From: Phoronis australis
Lineage: Eukaryota > Animalia > Phoronida
Assembly: GCA_002633005.1 (NCBI GenBank)
Contig: NMRA01000036.1
Coordinates: 850,440 to 914,439 of the forward strand
Reading direction: 5' to 3'
DNA length: 64,000 nt
The translations under genes were made by a program, and so were the position numbers. Positions 38,714-51,699 of this stretch are shown in pieces; within the stretch, counting starts at the first letter, position 1; each line of letters opens with the position of its first letter. Below the pieces are notes generated by a model, which had not been told where the DNA came from, searched no databases, and saw nothing but the letters and a program-made list of their open reading frames with translations.

Positions 38714-39717
38714 CTGTGTAATGTTACGTACGTAATGTTAAGTTAGAGAGAAATTGATAAATATTTTAACTGCGCGTTCACAAATGTGGATGAATCTAAA
38801 GGGAATGCACCGCAAGATATGTGCAAAATGTCAGGTGCTGATTCTGATGAACGCGGAAGTTGCTGCAGCTACTCATCCGGGCCGTTCGGCTGATCGTGTG
38901 CCGATGAAGTTGGGGAGAATCACGCGGAAAAGAATCAACAAATCATTAGAAACCACAGGTGTTGTCTGTAGTATTCCATGTACGCATGCCCAACGTAATT
39001 CTGCGGTTGTTTAGTCAAACAAGACGTATATTGCAAGCGACCAAGTGATCATATTACGTCAGTTTTCTCATACGATTATCTCGAATCTACGGCATGCAAC
39101 CACGTACTTGCAAATTGTGACTCGCAATGTCCAGTTTATAGGACAGGCCAACTTCCGGAAAGGGAACCGTCCGCATTTGTGAACACGGTGTTACCATCAA
39201 AACCTCAACTCAGAATACGCCTTACAACTTTCGTGTAAGTACGTTAGTTAACGAAAGTGAGCACTGCTTAAATGATACTATTACAAGCTGCTTTAAAACG
39301 TGCATTGCGCTTTTCAACAAACACATTTGGTACCCTTTAATAGCTAGCATCAAAATATGTACAAGTAGTTAAACATTTTCATCCCAAGCTCGCTGCAGAA
39401 GTAACAAAATTACTTTGTGTCTATCAATAGTTATTCTAAGGCGAAATAAGGTTCATGTGAAAGTCGATTTCATGATTGTTTACGGAAACAAGCAAATTGT
39501 CTTCACAGAAAACGCTATGACTGCTCATTAGTGACAAAAGTACTCATCAAGTGGACATGTAGTGAATAGCTAATTGTGAAGAGTTGTAATGTTTACAAAA
39601 GACGAGAATTCCAAATGACGACTTCACTACTTATCTACAAAACGTCTCGCGTTGATTTGTTATTAAAACACAGAACTTCATAGGCGCCAGGGTTTTTAAA
39701 CAGCTCAGTAGCCATAC

Positions 39718-39849
39718 CATTGTTTTCTAGGAATCCTTTGTACTCATTCACTTCTCCAAAGCAACCAGATGGTTTTTGCCAACTCAAAATAGCGTCCAGC
39801 CATTCCGGGCGCGTGAACTGTCGGTATCCAAGTAGTCCGCACAAGGCCC
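39718..39849 (-). CDS. C16orf89: C16orf89-like exon 6
   Basis: gtttcag|GG acceptor. Reads (G)ALCGLLGYRQFTRPEWLDAILSWQKPSGCFGEVNEYKGFLENN, with the WL-AILSWQK..GCFGE family signature. Donor G|GTATGG. 132 bp, phase 1 to 1. Confidence 0.88.
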
Positions 39850-40277
39850 CTGAAACTCCAACATACATGTACGACATAGGAACATACATGTGCGAAAACA
39901 TAAACACACGGACATACAAGCATGACAGTTTCGAGACATCCAACTATAACAAAAAAGACGGAATCAAATCATATACTGAAAAAATAAACTCGCGCAAGCG
40001 ACGTTACGTACGTATCTTTCAGCATCGTTTGAGGTACTGGCGTGGAATCATGTCTAAAGTCTATTTACATCAACCTGTAGCCTATACACTTTGGCATAGT
40101 GCCTTGTTTCGGTGTTCCCGTACGGTTACCCCGCCGTCCACTGACAGAGCCAACAACAAAACTGACAATGATAATGGAACTGGCGATGGTGATGACGACA
40201 GTGCCCCTGATGATGAAAAGTTTTGAAGATGGATGCGTGACCATGTCAATTTCATTGCGATCTGACGAAAAATGCCA

Positions 40278-40333
40278 GCCTTGCGTTCAATAAGGAAAGC
40301 GCTTCGAAGCGCTTTCCTTATTGAACGCAAGGC
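40278..40333. repeat. Perfect 56-bp spacerless palindrome
   Basis: gccttgcgttcaataaggaaagcgcttc|gaagcgctttccttattgaacgcaaggc. Confidence 0.95.
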
Positions 40334-40816
40334 AGGTGTGATTATAACAAACTAATAAAAGCAGTAAGTAATTGATCAATAACAGAACTGGTCATTAAAT
40401 CTGAAACAGCTCGTGTACGGTAGATTGCAATGAACAACGAATAGCAGTCACCTAGCGTTTTACAAAATTCACCCACATACCACATTTCAGATAAGGGATG
40501 GAACGCTGGAGGTACGGTGCAAGAAATCAGTCAGTTATCAAAAAATCTCGGGAGACTCGAAAACGGTAAGTGGGTTTGAGAAACTTTCAGAAAACCTTAG
40601 TAGCATTTGAAATCGATTCACATATCAAAGTTAAGATAGATTTGTCGACTGACTCAGGAGTTCGGGTGCGAGAAATCAATTAAAAATCAGTCTTCGGCAA
40701 ATCTCGATTATCTCGCTTCAGTTACATTGTAGCAAGACATTTAGATAGCCCTTTGCAAGATCTATTTGCATTCCGAATTTCAGAAACCCCTTCAACGGAC
40801 ATATAAACACACAAAC

Positions 40817-41010
40817 ACACAGACAGACAGACAGACAGACAGACAGATAAATAGTTTATTTAGCCATTCATAATACAAATAATACAAATAGTCTGGTCTG
40901 GGGATATTGAATGCAACTTTGCTACATAGAACACATCTAATTAAATTGATTTCTGATAATTCTTTTAAAGCTTATCAAAGATGAAGCAGGTTTGGCATCG
41001 GAAAGGAAGT
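40817..41010 (-). mobile_element. LINE 3' end remnant with (CTGT)n tail
   Basis: (ACAG)n at ~40817-40847 next to minus-strand SNFLSDAKPASSLISFKRIIRNQF and AATAAA. Confidence 0.45.
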
Positions 41011-41161
41011 TGGAGATTGCGTAGACAACTAACGGGGAGGAATCTATCAAATAGTAAACCTCGGCATCTTTTGATATCGAAGAGCATACATAAGCAGTTG
41101 GAATAAACAGGACAACCACGTTGTGTATTGAATTGAACAAAGAGGTATTAAGGTCCAGTAC

Positions 41162-41321
41162 CTTGTTCCATGAAAAGATCTTGTTTACTTTCAGGAAATC
41201 CTTGATCGGCAATTTTTTCAGCAGCCTGCAACATGTTTGTACAAAACGCTTCGTGGAGATGGCGAATGCTGTTTTGATGGTTTTTGTTGATCTTTTCCAC
41301 CATTTGTTTTCGGCAGCCGAA
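41162..41321 (-). CDS. C16orf89: C16orf89-like exon 5
   Basis: gtgttatag| acceptor. Reads FGCRKQMVEKINKNHQNSIRHLHEAFCTNMLQAAEKIADQGFPESKQDLFMEQ, matching FCxNM...D(I/L)FME. Donor G|GTACTG. 160 bp, phase 0 to 1. Confidence 0.88.
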
Positions 41322-42039
41322 CTATAACACAATCAGTAGCAGTTTAACAATAACGCAATTGTTCTCAGTACCATCATTGTTACTTTCCAAAGGTAAACAG
41401 AGATTTGTTGCAGATATTGTGCGGCACCAAGTGTAGACAAATTCATCACGATGATGCAAATTAAAAACCAATACAGTGAATTTCCCGGCACACGCATGAA
41501 TGGCCAACAGGAATACGTTGGATTTTGCCTCATCGATATTTCAGCGCTTGACCTGTAGATAAGGCAATGTTGTTAAACAGTACTCAGTAATTACATGTGT
41601 AAACTGCTTGAAAGATTTAATTTAGGTTTGGCTCGGCGCATTACCAAGTGGATTTTTTACGCCTAAATTGTTCATCATTAACCCAAGTTAGTGCATGCAA
41701 TTTAAGAATAATTTTGCGATAAGCATTTGTTTGTTATTCGAGTATAAGCTGCCGAAGAAGACGAAACGGACAACACAGTGAATTCTGTTATATTGCCGAT
41801 CGGTAATTCACAGGAGTAACTTTCACTTAGATGAACACTGTAGACGTCGTGAAGCTATCAATGAGCGCACATATTCTAACGAAACATGCATGCACAAAAG
41901 AGTAGCGAAAATACTACTATATACACCACTACTGTTACTACCAATAATATTAAGGTGTAACAGTAATTACTATACGCGTAATAGTAACGAATATAAGCTT
42001 TACTGCAGACATACATGTACACTATAAAGCAACAGTTGC

Positions 42040-42817
42040 GGATTGTTTTAAAAAACCTCGCCCCCACACCCCACAACCCTCTCGACCTACCACCCCCAGG
42101 ACCCACAAACCCCTCGACCCACGACCTGTGGCAATAGATTATCTTTGCGCTTTTTACACATTTCATAATCATATAACGTGGCTGATTGAGTTTCCCATAA
42201 GACATACCTACACGCGAATCTACTGTGGCTCAAGTCTGGTTTTTAAAAACAGAAAGTGGTGGAGAACGTGATCTGAAACAGCGGATTGTGAGCATGCTAT
42301 CGTTGTCATGGAAATAATTCCACGAGCAGTTACCAATGGCGGCCCTGTCCTACTAAACTTAGAGAGAGAGAGAGTAGGTTAACGTGAGTGTACATAATTT
42401 CACAATTTTATTATTTGCTTTCTGTTATATAATCGTTTACAATATACTCCATATAGCGTTGAGATACTTTTTAGTTCACAGTTTATTTTTTAAATTGTAG
42501 TTACTAGTGAAATCATATTTTTGTAGGTTCCTCCCAAAAAAGCTTAAACTTGTCATTCACTAAAGAGCAGACGAGACGATTACACTCTTCCGGGAACGAC
42601 ATTTCTGTTTTTGGCTTTCAAACTTACCGAATCGCCCTTAATTGCAAAACACAGGAAAAGTCAGCCAAGCTCTGGGCCCGACTCGTAGGTCCTGCAAGTC
42701 AGCTCTTGTTCTACGTTCAGATCGAGTCGAGATTGTGTAGATTGGGTCGAGGGGATTGTGGGCCGTGGGTCGAGAGGGTCGTGGGTGTGGGGGTCGATGA
42801 GTTTTTAGAACAATCCA
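42040..42817. mobile_element. MITE with C-rich/G-rich ~80-bp TIRs
   Basis: cggattgttttaaaaaacctcgcccccacaccccacaaccctctcgacc versus ggtcgagagggtcgtgggtgtgggggtcgatgagtttttagaacaatcc. Confidence 0.65.
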
Positions 42818-43938
42818 CAGTTGTTCACAGGAACCAAATACTGTGTATGCTGGTACATTAAAGAAGGTAATCTTTTTTATGTCATTTTTAGTAAAAATAC
42901 GGTTCGTTGATTATGCCAGACATTTTTCAATTAATAACGGCTTCTCGTAGTTTTATTAATTAGTCGTGCCTTACTCCGGAAGTGGCGTTGAGGGGGTTAA
43001 GAATTTCCTGCCATTCTGTTTACATATAGTCCGATTTACGTGTAAGAGAATAGGAAATGCGTCGTATGATTATAATTTGATGATAATAGTCCAAGAGTAT
43101 ACATTTTCGATTAATTAATAGATTTTGGTGCTATTTTTGTATTTGTTTGATAATTTCGTAATGCCCCGAGTGGTCGTTAACTTTACTACATATACGTTTT
43201 ATGTCAATAAAGTTGTCGAAAATATATTATACTCCTTTTATTTAAAACCTGTGTCATTTAGGAGAAGATAAAAGAGTTTTATGTCGATCGTATTGCCAAG
43301 TGAGCTGGGAATTGGAGGAGGGTTTTCTTAGTTTCATCGGAAGGATTAATTTGTATTCTAAAGTAATCTGATACATTCAGGAGTGATCATTTTTGGGCGA
43401 ACTGTAGCGCGATTCCTGATACCTATATAGTGCCGGTCATATATGCACGAGCCGCAGCTACATTCGAGGCATAAGAAGCCGCTGTCATACATGACAGAAC
43501 TGTAGCTTTGTTGCCGATACATAGTATTTGCAAGTGGTGAGCGTTCTGTAGCTCCAATACCAGCAGTGCTGTGGTTGAATTTCGGCTCTCACCTGACATG
43601 AATGAAGGAAGCTGTCTGATACGATTTATGACTCCAGAACACACTGGCACGTTTGATCAATTTATCGTTATACACAGCTTCAACATATTTCCAGCTCATT
43701 ACAAGGCCTTTGGTAATTGACTAATTGTTCTGTTGAAACAGGGGTTTTAAAAATGCATATACATTTCATAATGTTGAAATATTTCTACGAGAACCAGTAT
43801 ATTTTAAGAAAATAATTATGATTAGATAAAACGGTATACTTCAACTAATGAATGGGCAGTATATCTAGATAATAAGAATTCCAACTATTTAATAATGATC
43901 ATGTATGAGTAGAACGATCAATTTTGTCTTGCTCCTAC

Positions 43939-44050
43939 CTGCTCTCCAATGGCCAGGTAGAATACTTGATGTGTTAAAGAATAACCGTAGTAGTTGTCCC
44001 CTGTCATCAACTTCCAACAGGAATCTGAAATGTTGCACTTCTGACTGTTC
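43939..44050 (-). CDS. C16orf89: C16orf89-like exon 4
   Basis: cattttag|G acceptor. Reads NSQKCNISDSCWKLMTGDNYYGYSLTHQVFYLAIGEQ, matching the C-x-(I/L)-S-D-x-C...GY-L-HQ motif. Donor CAG|GTAGGA. 112 bp, phase 2 to 0. Confidence 0.88.
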
Positions 44051-44109
44051 CTAAAATGGTATATTATGTAATTCTTAACTAACCAACATATCATTAATTG
44101 AGAGAAAAC

Positions 44110-47100
44110 GCTTTTATTTACATTACATAATAATAATACATTGATTAAAATTTGATTTCAATTAGGAGGCCTTCTAAAGGTTATTGACCGCTAATAAGAA
44201 GGTCCCCTGTACAAAATAAACAAATGGAAATGCAAAAATCAGTAGGAATACTTAAAAAAACAGTGAATTAGTGCTGAAAACGACCGACACGCCAGGAACC
44301 AAGAAGTAAACTGGCACAGCTCAAGAGATTTTGAGAATACAATTAGGTACTGTTACATATGAAGCAATTGGAAATATGACAAACTGGATCGTAGTTGCTA
44401 ATAATAAAATTGGTTAAGAACCTGGAGAATGCTTGCAAAGAATGCGTTTTTATTATATTTAGAGCAGAGAGTGGTATTTCGTTGTTGTTTATAAGTCGAG
44501 GAATCTGAAATCTAATACAGGCTTTTGATGAAAATTTGTTGGACGGAGGAATTAAAATTTTGGGTTGTATTGTCGGTATAGCAGCTGAGTATTGATTCAG
44601 GTATGTAGGAGTATTAATGTGTCTGGTTGGCTTATATTGGATGGGTTTATTAAAGAAGTTGTTAGTGTAAAAATACTTAGGAAGCTGATTATTGAGGAAT
44701 TTGTAGTAAAATTTTGCAGTTGAGATTTTAAAGATGTCCTGAACTAGAGGGAGGCGAAGTTCCTTACATATGGGCAGAGAGTGAGCATTATAACTGGAAG
44801 GATTCTTTTCTGGGCTGTCTGTTGCCAAAACCCCAAGTTGCAATGCCATAGTTTAAATGTGGAAGGACAAGTGAATTTTATATCAACTTGAGAGCTGGAA
44901 GAGGAAGATAAGATTTAAATTTGTATAAGAGTTTGTTTGAGATGAGGTTAATGTGGGGGGACCATGAGAGGTTTTTGTCAATAGTAATACCAAGGAAAGG
45001 AAAACTGTTCACATGATATATTGTTTTGCTATTTATATAAATGGTGGGAATAATACATTTTTCAATTTTCTTTTGGGGGTAGTGGAAGATCATTAAATTA
45101 CTTTTTGATGTGTTAATTGAAAGTTTGTTCACAGAAAACCAGTCTGAAATAGATTTAAGGTTGTTGTTGATGGTGGTTGATTGCTGTAAAGTGTGTTGGG
45201 AAGATTCAGTCAGTTTGTAAGGTGTGACGATGCAAGTGTCGTCAGCATAAAGAAGTGTGTCCATGGGAGAAGAAAACGAAAGATCATTTATGTAAACTAG
45301 GAAGAGAAGTGGGCCAAGGACAGAGCCTTGGGAAACTCCGGTAGATATTGGTAACCAACTGGAAGTTGTATCACTTAGTGAAACATATTGGGTGCGGTTT
45401 GAGAGATAACTTTTAAACAGTGTATATTCAACTCCAGTAATACCATAGTGATTTATCTTTTGCAAGAGTATTTAATGGTCTATTGTGTCGAAAGCTTTAG
45501 AAAGATCTAGAAAGATGACCAGGGGATTCAGGTCATTATCAAGATGAGAACAAATGCGGTCTAAAAGTTCAAGCGAAGCAAGTTCTGTAGAGTGACATTT
45601 CTTGAAACCATATTGATGTTTATTAAGAATATCATTTTCATTTAGGAAAGTTGAAAGTTGATTATGGATAATTTTTTCTATAATTTTTGAGATTGTTGGA
45701 AGAATAGAAATGGGTCTATAATTTCCCGGGTGCTCTGGGTCCAAACCATGTTGTTTAAAAACTGGGATCACCTTAGCAATCTTTAGAGCATCTGGAAATA
45801 TAACAGTGTGCAAGCACTGGATGATGATGGTCGTGAGAGGTTCAATTATAAAAGGACTGATTATTTTGATAATTTTAGATGATAAATTGTCATGACCAGT
45901 ACTATTTTTTTGCGTCCATGTCTCTTATAATATCTAGTACATGTTTATTATTAATTAGTTTGAAAGAGAACTTAAATTTGTTTGGCGTGGGAAGATAGTC
46001 TTTGAAATTCTTGTTTTTTATCATAGTTATTGATTCAGAAAGGGATGGGCCGATTTGGGTAAAGTAGGTGTTGAATAAACTTGCCATTTCGGGTAGGTCA
46101 CTGGTTTTAGTGTTATCTGAACGTAAGAGACATTCTGGGGTGTCATTTTTTGTTCGAACGCCGTTGTTCATAACTGTCTTTATTGTATCCCATGTTTTAT
46201 TTATGTCAGACTTCCCTTTTTCGAATGTGTCATAATAGTAAGATTGCTTGGCGGAATCAATAGTTTTTTTGAGAATCTTGTTGTATACTTTAAGATTGTT
46301 GTGGCATGTAGCGTAGGATTGTGTGTTGCGAGGGGTTGTCTTGGTTTGTTTGTACAGTTTATCTCGGTAACGAATGGAAATTAAAATACCAGGTGTAATC
46401 CACGAGTTAAGCGCGTGTTTGTGTTTATTATATCTAACATTTTTTGGACCAAAGTGTTTTTTCGTGAGATATGTCAAAGTATCACTGAGTATTGCGTAGT
46501 TGTGATTGGGGTCACAATCTAAGCTGCGGTCTAGCTTTTCCATGATATTGCAGTTGCGTAGGCTATTGAGAAAGTGAGTTTTTGTTTGCGGTGTGTAAGA
46601 ATATTTTGAGACGAAAGTAGGGCGTTTAGGGTGGATTTTCTTTATCGATTTTGAAGCAATGAAGATAGGACAGTGGTCTGAAATCGAAGAGAGAAGAATA
46701 CCAGAGTGTGTATGTATGTGACCGTATGATGTTGATGTAAAGAAGTTATCTATTAAAGTTGCTGATGTGGGGCTAAGACGTGTAGGGTATGTAATTGAAG
46801 GTCTTAAATTGTGATTTGCCATAAAATCCAGGAATGTTTGAACTTTATTATTTGTTTGTGTCTCTAGAAGATTTAAGTTATAATCTCCACCTAAAATCAG
46901 TGTTTTACGCTGATTTTGAAGGTTTTCGATGATGGGACAGAACTCTTCAATAAACACGTCAAAGGTTCTAACGAGTGAAGTCGGCGGTCTGTAAAAGTTA
47001 CCGACGCAGATGCTTTTGTTGTTAATAGAGATAAAAGTGAGTAGGCCTTCGAACGTAGAACAAGTATCAAGAACTTGAATTTTTTGACAGGAAGATTTTC

Positions 47101-47600
47101 ATTTACGTAAGTGATAAGGCCACCGTGTGTTGAACATAAGCCAGATGCAGGTTTGGAGTACATGTTGTAACCGTCATTTTGAAAGACTGAAAGGCAGCTG
47201 GTCGTGGTTAACCATGATTTTTGTATTAAGATAATGTCGAAAATTAATTCTTTAGAGTGAATGTTGTGCAGGAATGATTCAAACTGAGTGAATTTTGCGT
47301 TAAGTGATTGAATGTTAATACTTAACACGGTTAGACTTGATTTATTTAGTTCAAGAAAGTTTTTAACTCCTTCTGTGTCAAAAAAGTGGGATTTGGTAAT
47401 TGGAGCCTCGGTACAACATTCAAGGGACTTATATAAGAGACAGAAATCTAGTGCATTCTCACCTCCATAACTAGATAATAGAGGAGCAGGATCAAGAGCT
47501 GCGCCAGCAGAAAACTGGCTTACATTGGCCATAAATGGATATTTACATGTGTTATTCTTTGATTGGTCCTAAGATATCGGTCGTCATATAAGTTCATTGA
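44110..47600 (-). mobile_element. Near full-length CR1/L2-clade LINE ORF2 (APE endonuclease + RT), disrupted; in intron 3 of the C16orf89-like gene
   Basis: EN motifs SINIQSL, GDYNLNLL, PTR...LIDNFF and SDHCPI. RT motifs NYRPISILPTISKIIEK, QYGF, FLDLSKAFDTIDH, QGSVLGPLLFLVYINDL and YADDT. Broken by frameshifts near ~47000-47090, 45905 and 44880 and an in-frame TAA at 45472. Confidence 0.9.
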
Positions 47601-48316
47601 AATAGCGCACATGAAAAAATTCACAATGGGTGGGTAAGATAAACGGATAAAAAATTTAAACAAACTTAAACAGGCAAGATAGATACTGAGAACATACATG
47701 AAGCATTATATAAATAGTAAACACTATTTGGATTAACTATTCAGTGATAGATAGTGTCAAATGCAATCACATCTATCTGCAATTCGGCGATTCAGGAAGC
47801 CGGCCATGATTACTACCGCTACCTAGCTGGTAGGCGACCTTTGAAGCCATTTAGACGTATCGGAATTACTTCGAACGTTTACAATAAATCCACATGACTA
47901 AGCCCCCCCCCCCNGTCTCTATTGCGATACCAAAATCATGCACCTATGACAGATAATAACAAAAACTATAGACCAATCGAGAAAGTGACACCTTCTTTAC
48001 TGCATGTCACTAAAACTTTCCCCATTTTAAGAGACATCTGCATTTTTTGTATTGCTGTGCCGTAATAGAGCGTACTGTAGCATTTGGCTTCACGTTGCTG
48101 AGTTCACCACGCTGAACTCGAAACCATATTTTACTTGTTTGGGTATTCGAGGTTAGTTTGCAACACTGAAGAAAGTTTGTTTACAAACATTTGAAAAGCT
48201 TGAAGATGGCCATACTTGAATAATATTGGCACGCTTGAGTAAGTCACGTACTTTCCACTAGCTTGAGAAATGTTACTGAGAAAAGAATACACAACATTGG
48301 CAGATTTGTTCAGTAC

Positions 48317-48467
48317 CTTGATCCGAACAGCTCTGTCAAGCAAGTGTCCGAGTCAGCCTCGTGCATCACTTCTTGTTCACTGAGTGACAAGGACATCGTA
48401 GATAGACCAAGGTTGCGGCTGGCATGGTTGACCTCCCAGAAATGCCTGGCTATTGTTTCACCAACGT
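48317..48467 (-). CDS. C16orf89: C16orf89-like exon 3
   Basis: ttttgtctag|AC acceptor. Reads (D)VGETIARHFWEVNHASRNLGLSTMSLSLSEQEVMHEADSDTCLTELFGS(R), matching the recalled FW...SDVCLVQLLG motif. Donor AG|GTACTG. 151 bp, phase 1 to 2. Not in the ORF track. Confidence 0.85.
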
Positions 48468-48699
48468 CTAGACAAAATCATAACAAGGAATGTAAGTGAA
48501 ATCTTAATCTCGAAAAATCAGGACAGATCGATGTCCTATATTATTATTATTTACTTACTATAGGCCTAGCGACGTAAGGGTCTAATGAATACATAATCTC
48601 AAATACAGAATATTCACCACACCCATCAGGCTCAATGGGTTTACTCATTCACCTTATGACAATTAAACCATAGCATAATGTAATGCACACACTTCAGTC

Positions 48700-50330
48700 T
48701 AGTTTACAAATAAAAAACTACTTCTAACCTGCAAAGCGTCTTGAATAAAAAAGGACTTAGAGTATAGCCAAATTCTGTGTCTGGGGGCAACAAAATTGTT
48801 TGAGGAAGAAAATCTGGTGCTGATTTGGTCGCTGTTGCGAACGAGTAATAAGTTACGAGATAAATAAGCTCGTACATTGTTTTGAAAACACTTATGCATC
48901 AGACACAAACGCCTATATATAAAATATTTGTCAACAGGCAGTCATCCCAGTTTGTTAAACATATGAGTTGATGGAGTGTCAAAAGGCACACCGATAATAA
49001 GTCTTCTGAGCCTTCAATAGACAGGAAACCAGTTTTGCATTGCATCCTGACAACACAGTACTACAATAAATAAAGAGGAACTTCACAGGCGCTGAAATAT
49101 TTCAGACGCCCTTTGAGAAGAAATGATGATAGGCGCCGGAAAAGACCAAGACACTGTCTAATTTTGACACAGTTCCACTAATATAGCTAGACCAGTTGGT
49201 CACCTCAGAAACCGGATTGAGAGACAACTACTTAGTCATCCTCAGTCAAAAATGAATAAAGGGTATTGTGAATATGTTTCTCCAGCACTTTAAATAAGAT
49301 CGGCAAAATTGAAATTGGTCCGTAATTGTTTACATTGTCAGCAGCACCGCCTTCGTGTAAAGGAGCTACTTTTCCAAGTTTCCACAAACTAGGAAATTTG
49401 GATGTTTTTATGCTCAGGTTCAACAGATAGGTGATAGCTCATCGTGAGCTATTTTCAGTAATTTGGAGCCGACACCAATCATACCAGTAGATTTATCAAG
49501 ACCATTTAAACACTTGTCAACAAACTCCATAGTGACCAGAAGAATATCATATCCTATATCATTGCCTACTCTGGATTTAACAATGTCATCTAGATCGTTA
49601 GAAGTGGAGGTTGTATCTTCAAGATCACGGGTAGGTTTACTAGCTATGTCAATAAAAATTGTTGAAATTATTAGAAATCTGAATTTTATCATACACACAA
49701 TTCTCATGAATCCTCAGCATAGCAGGTGATGAGGATTTTTCTTTAGGGGCAACTTGTCTGATGACTTTCCATAACATTTTGTGATTACTAAGATTGCTAC
49801 TGACCAGTGAAGAGTAATAGTAAATCTTTTCCTTTTTAATCATTGATACAACACGATTTCGTTTCAGTTTGTAGCCCTCTAATTTCCGCGTTGTTATAGA
49901 CTGTCCCTGAGTTTTATCGCTTCAAAAATGTCATCACTGATCCATTCTGGTTGACGTAATCCCTCCACACGCTTTGCCTTCCATGGAACATGGACGTCTA
50001 AGATGCTATTTGATAACTTGTACCATACATCAAGAGCATCAGCAATATCATCAGATGCTTTGATGACTGACCATGGAGCAATAGAAAGACCAGATTTTTA
50101 AATCTGCCCTTACCTTTAAAAAGGCAGCGCATCAAAGTTATTAAGCGATCTGTAGGTCACACACTCGTAGTGAAACTTGGTGCCAAAATGTTTTTTTTCG
50201 GAATATGCATACATGGTAGTGATCGCTTAACCCATTTTGACTGATCTCAAGAACTCCGGAGCAGAAATATAAACATGATCAGGCAGGGAGGCAGAAACTG
50301 ACACTGTCTTTGGTGTTAGTTCAACTGTTC
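48700..50330 (-). mobile_element. Older decayed CR1/L2-type LINE in intron 2
   Basis: LSDHY, PEWISDDI, KFPSLWKLGKVAPLH...NYGPISILPILFKVLEKHI, and C-terminal FNKLGWLP-like remnants. Confidence 0.7.
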
Positions 50331-50439
50331 CCTTGCACATGCGGATTTGTCCTTTAGTAGCCATCTTAAATGTCTATTTGAATCACTCCCTGAAAAGAAC
50401 AGCTTTACTCAACAACACTTTTGCGTATACGTTGTCTTG

Positions 50440-51445
50440 AACGTGTGAGGTCGGCATTGTTTGCTTACTACGTCAGTGTTGAACTTTTCGCGTTCAGTCT
50501 TGACAACGGTAACAACGTGAAGACAACTGATCTCACGTAAGTGCAAAACGTGAGTTTTAATTATCGATTTATTGTAAAAGTTCGTAAAATTTGTACAACT
50601 TTTCATGGTTTCAGAAAGTTTAGCTGTCCAAGAGGTGGTGTAGCTTAGTGCATGTGTCTTATTCAGTTGGGTGTTTGAAATGTGACTTTTGTTCTCAGGC
50701 CATCCTTGCAAAAGCTACAGTAATCGGGTGATAACCGGTATGTTTTACTCATATTCTGTGCCAAAACATCTCGATTTCCGTAATATTTCATGGAAGTAGA
50801 TAAGGAGGATGCTTTGTTACAAATATTCAAAGCAAAACTTTTTTCAATCCATTTTTGCCCAAAATCATTATTGGTGTAACCAAAATGACAACTGATTCTG
50901 CCTGCGTGAAAACAATCAATATCCTAAGTATAACAGTTATCTGTCATTTTTTGCTGCCACCATAAGTGATTTTGCGCAAAAATGCAAAAAAAATGTGTGG
51001 TCAATTCACGCTCTCATTTATTCCTGTTTGGTTTTACTATCAAATCATTCTTCTTATTTGCTTTCATGAAATATTACGGAAAATGAAATGTTGTGGCAAA
51101 TTAATCACCCGATAATTGTGGCTTTTCTGAGAAAAAGGAGCAAAGCGACGAGAGCCTCACAAGAAAGGCCGTGAAATTTCAAACATTCAACCGAGTAAGA
51201 CACGTGCACTTAGCCATACCATCTGCTGGATAACTAAGCGTTCTAAAAACATTAAAAACTTGAAAAAATACAACGATCTATTACAATCAATCGACAATTA
51301 AAACACCACCCGTTTGTGCACGTACGCGAGATCAGTTGTCTTCATGTTGTTATTAGAGTATACTGTACGAGTGACCATCTGAACGCAAAAATGTAGATCA
51401 AGAGTGTAACATAGATACTGAAAAATGCCGACCTTACAGGTTTTC
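50440..51445. mobile_element. Foldback-type element with ~350-390-bp imperfect inverted arms
   Basis: Mirrored blocks: gaagacaactgatctc / gagatcagttgtcttc, gtgcatgtgtcttattc / gagtaagacacgtgcac, tccgtaatatttcatg / catgaaatattacgga, aggtcggcatt / aatgccgacct. Confidence 0.7.
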
Positions 51446-51540
51446 GTGTAGCAGAAGCTTTCCTAGTTGGAATTTGCCTTCTGCGTGTAGTTTAATGTTT
51501 GACAAATGTTCTTAAATGCTTGACCTGTGAACAAACTTAC

Positions 51541-51699
51541 CATTGTAATAAACTGGCGACAGAGTTTTAATATATGGAGTCGCCTTATCACTAACTAGTC
51601 CTGCCATGTCTCTTATATCGGAGATAGTCTGCACAAGCCAAAGTTTCGTTATACTAGGTTTAGATCGAAGCAGATTTTCCAGTAAAACTGTACACTGCC
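51541..51699 (-). CDS. C16orf89: C16orf89-like exon 2
   Basis: ttttgcag|GG acceptor. Reads (G)QCTVLLENLLRSKPSITKLWLVQTISDIRDMAGLVSDKATPYIKTLSPVYYN. Donor G|GTAAG. 159 bp, phase 1 to 1. Confidence 0.82.

Noticed and set aside
40125-40207. Possible hydrophobic cassette exon in intron 5 (cag|GGGCACTG...GGG|gtaacc)
   Set aside because: It does not preserve phase 1 to 1 and looks like a degenerate trinucleotide repeat.
39720-40226. 168-aa plus-strand ORF
   Set aside because: Non-ATG start, antisense shadow of C16orf89-like exon 6 plus low-complexity sequence, and no recognisable domain.
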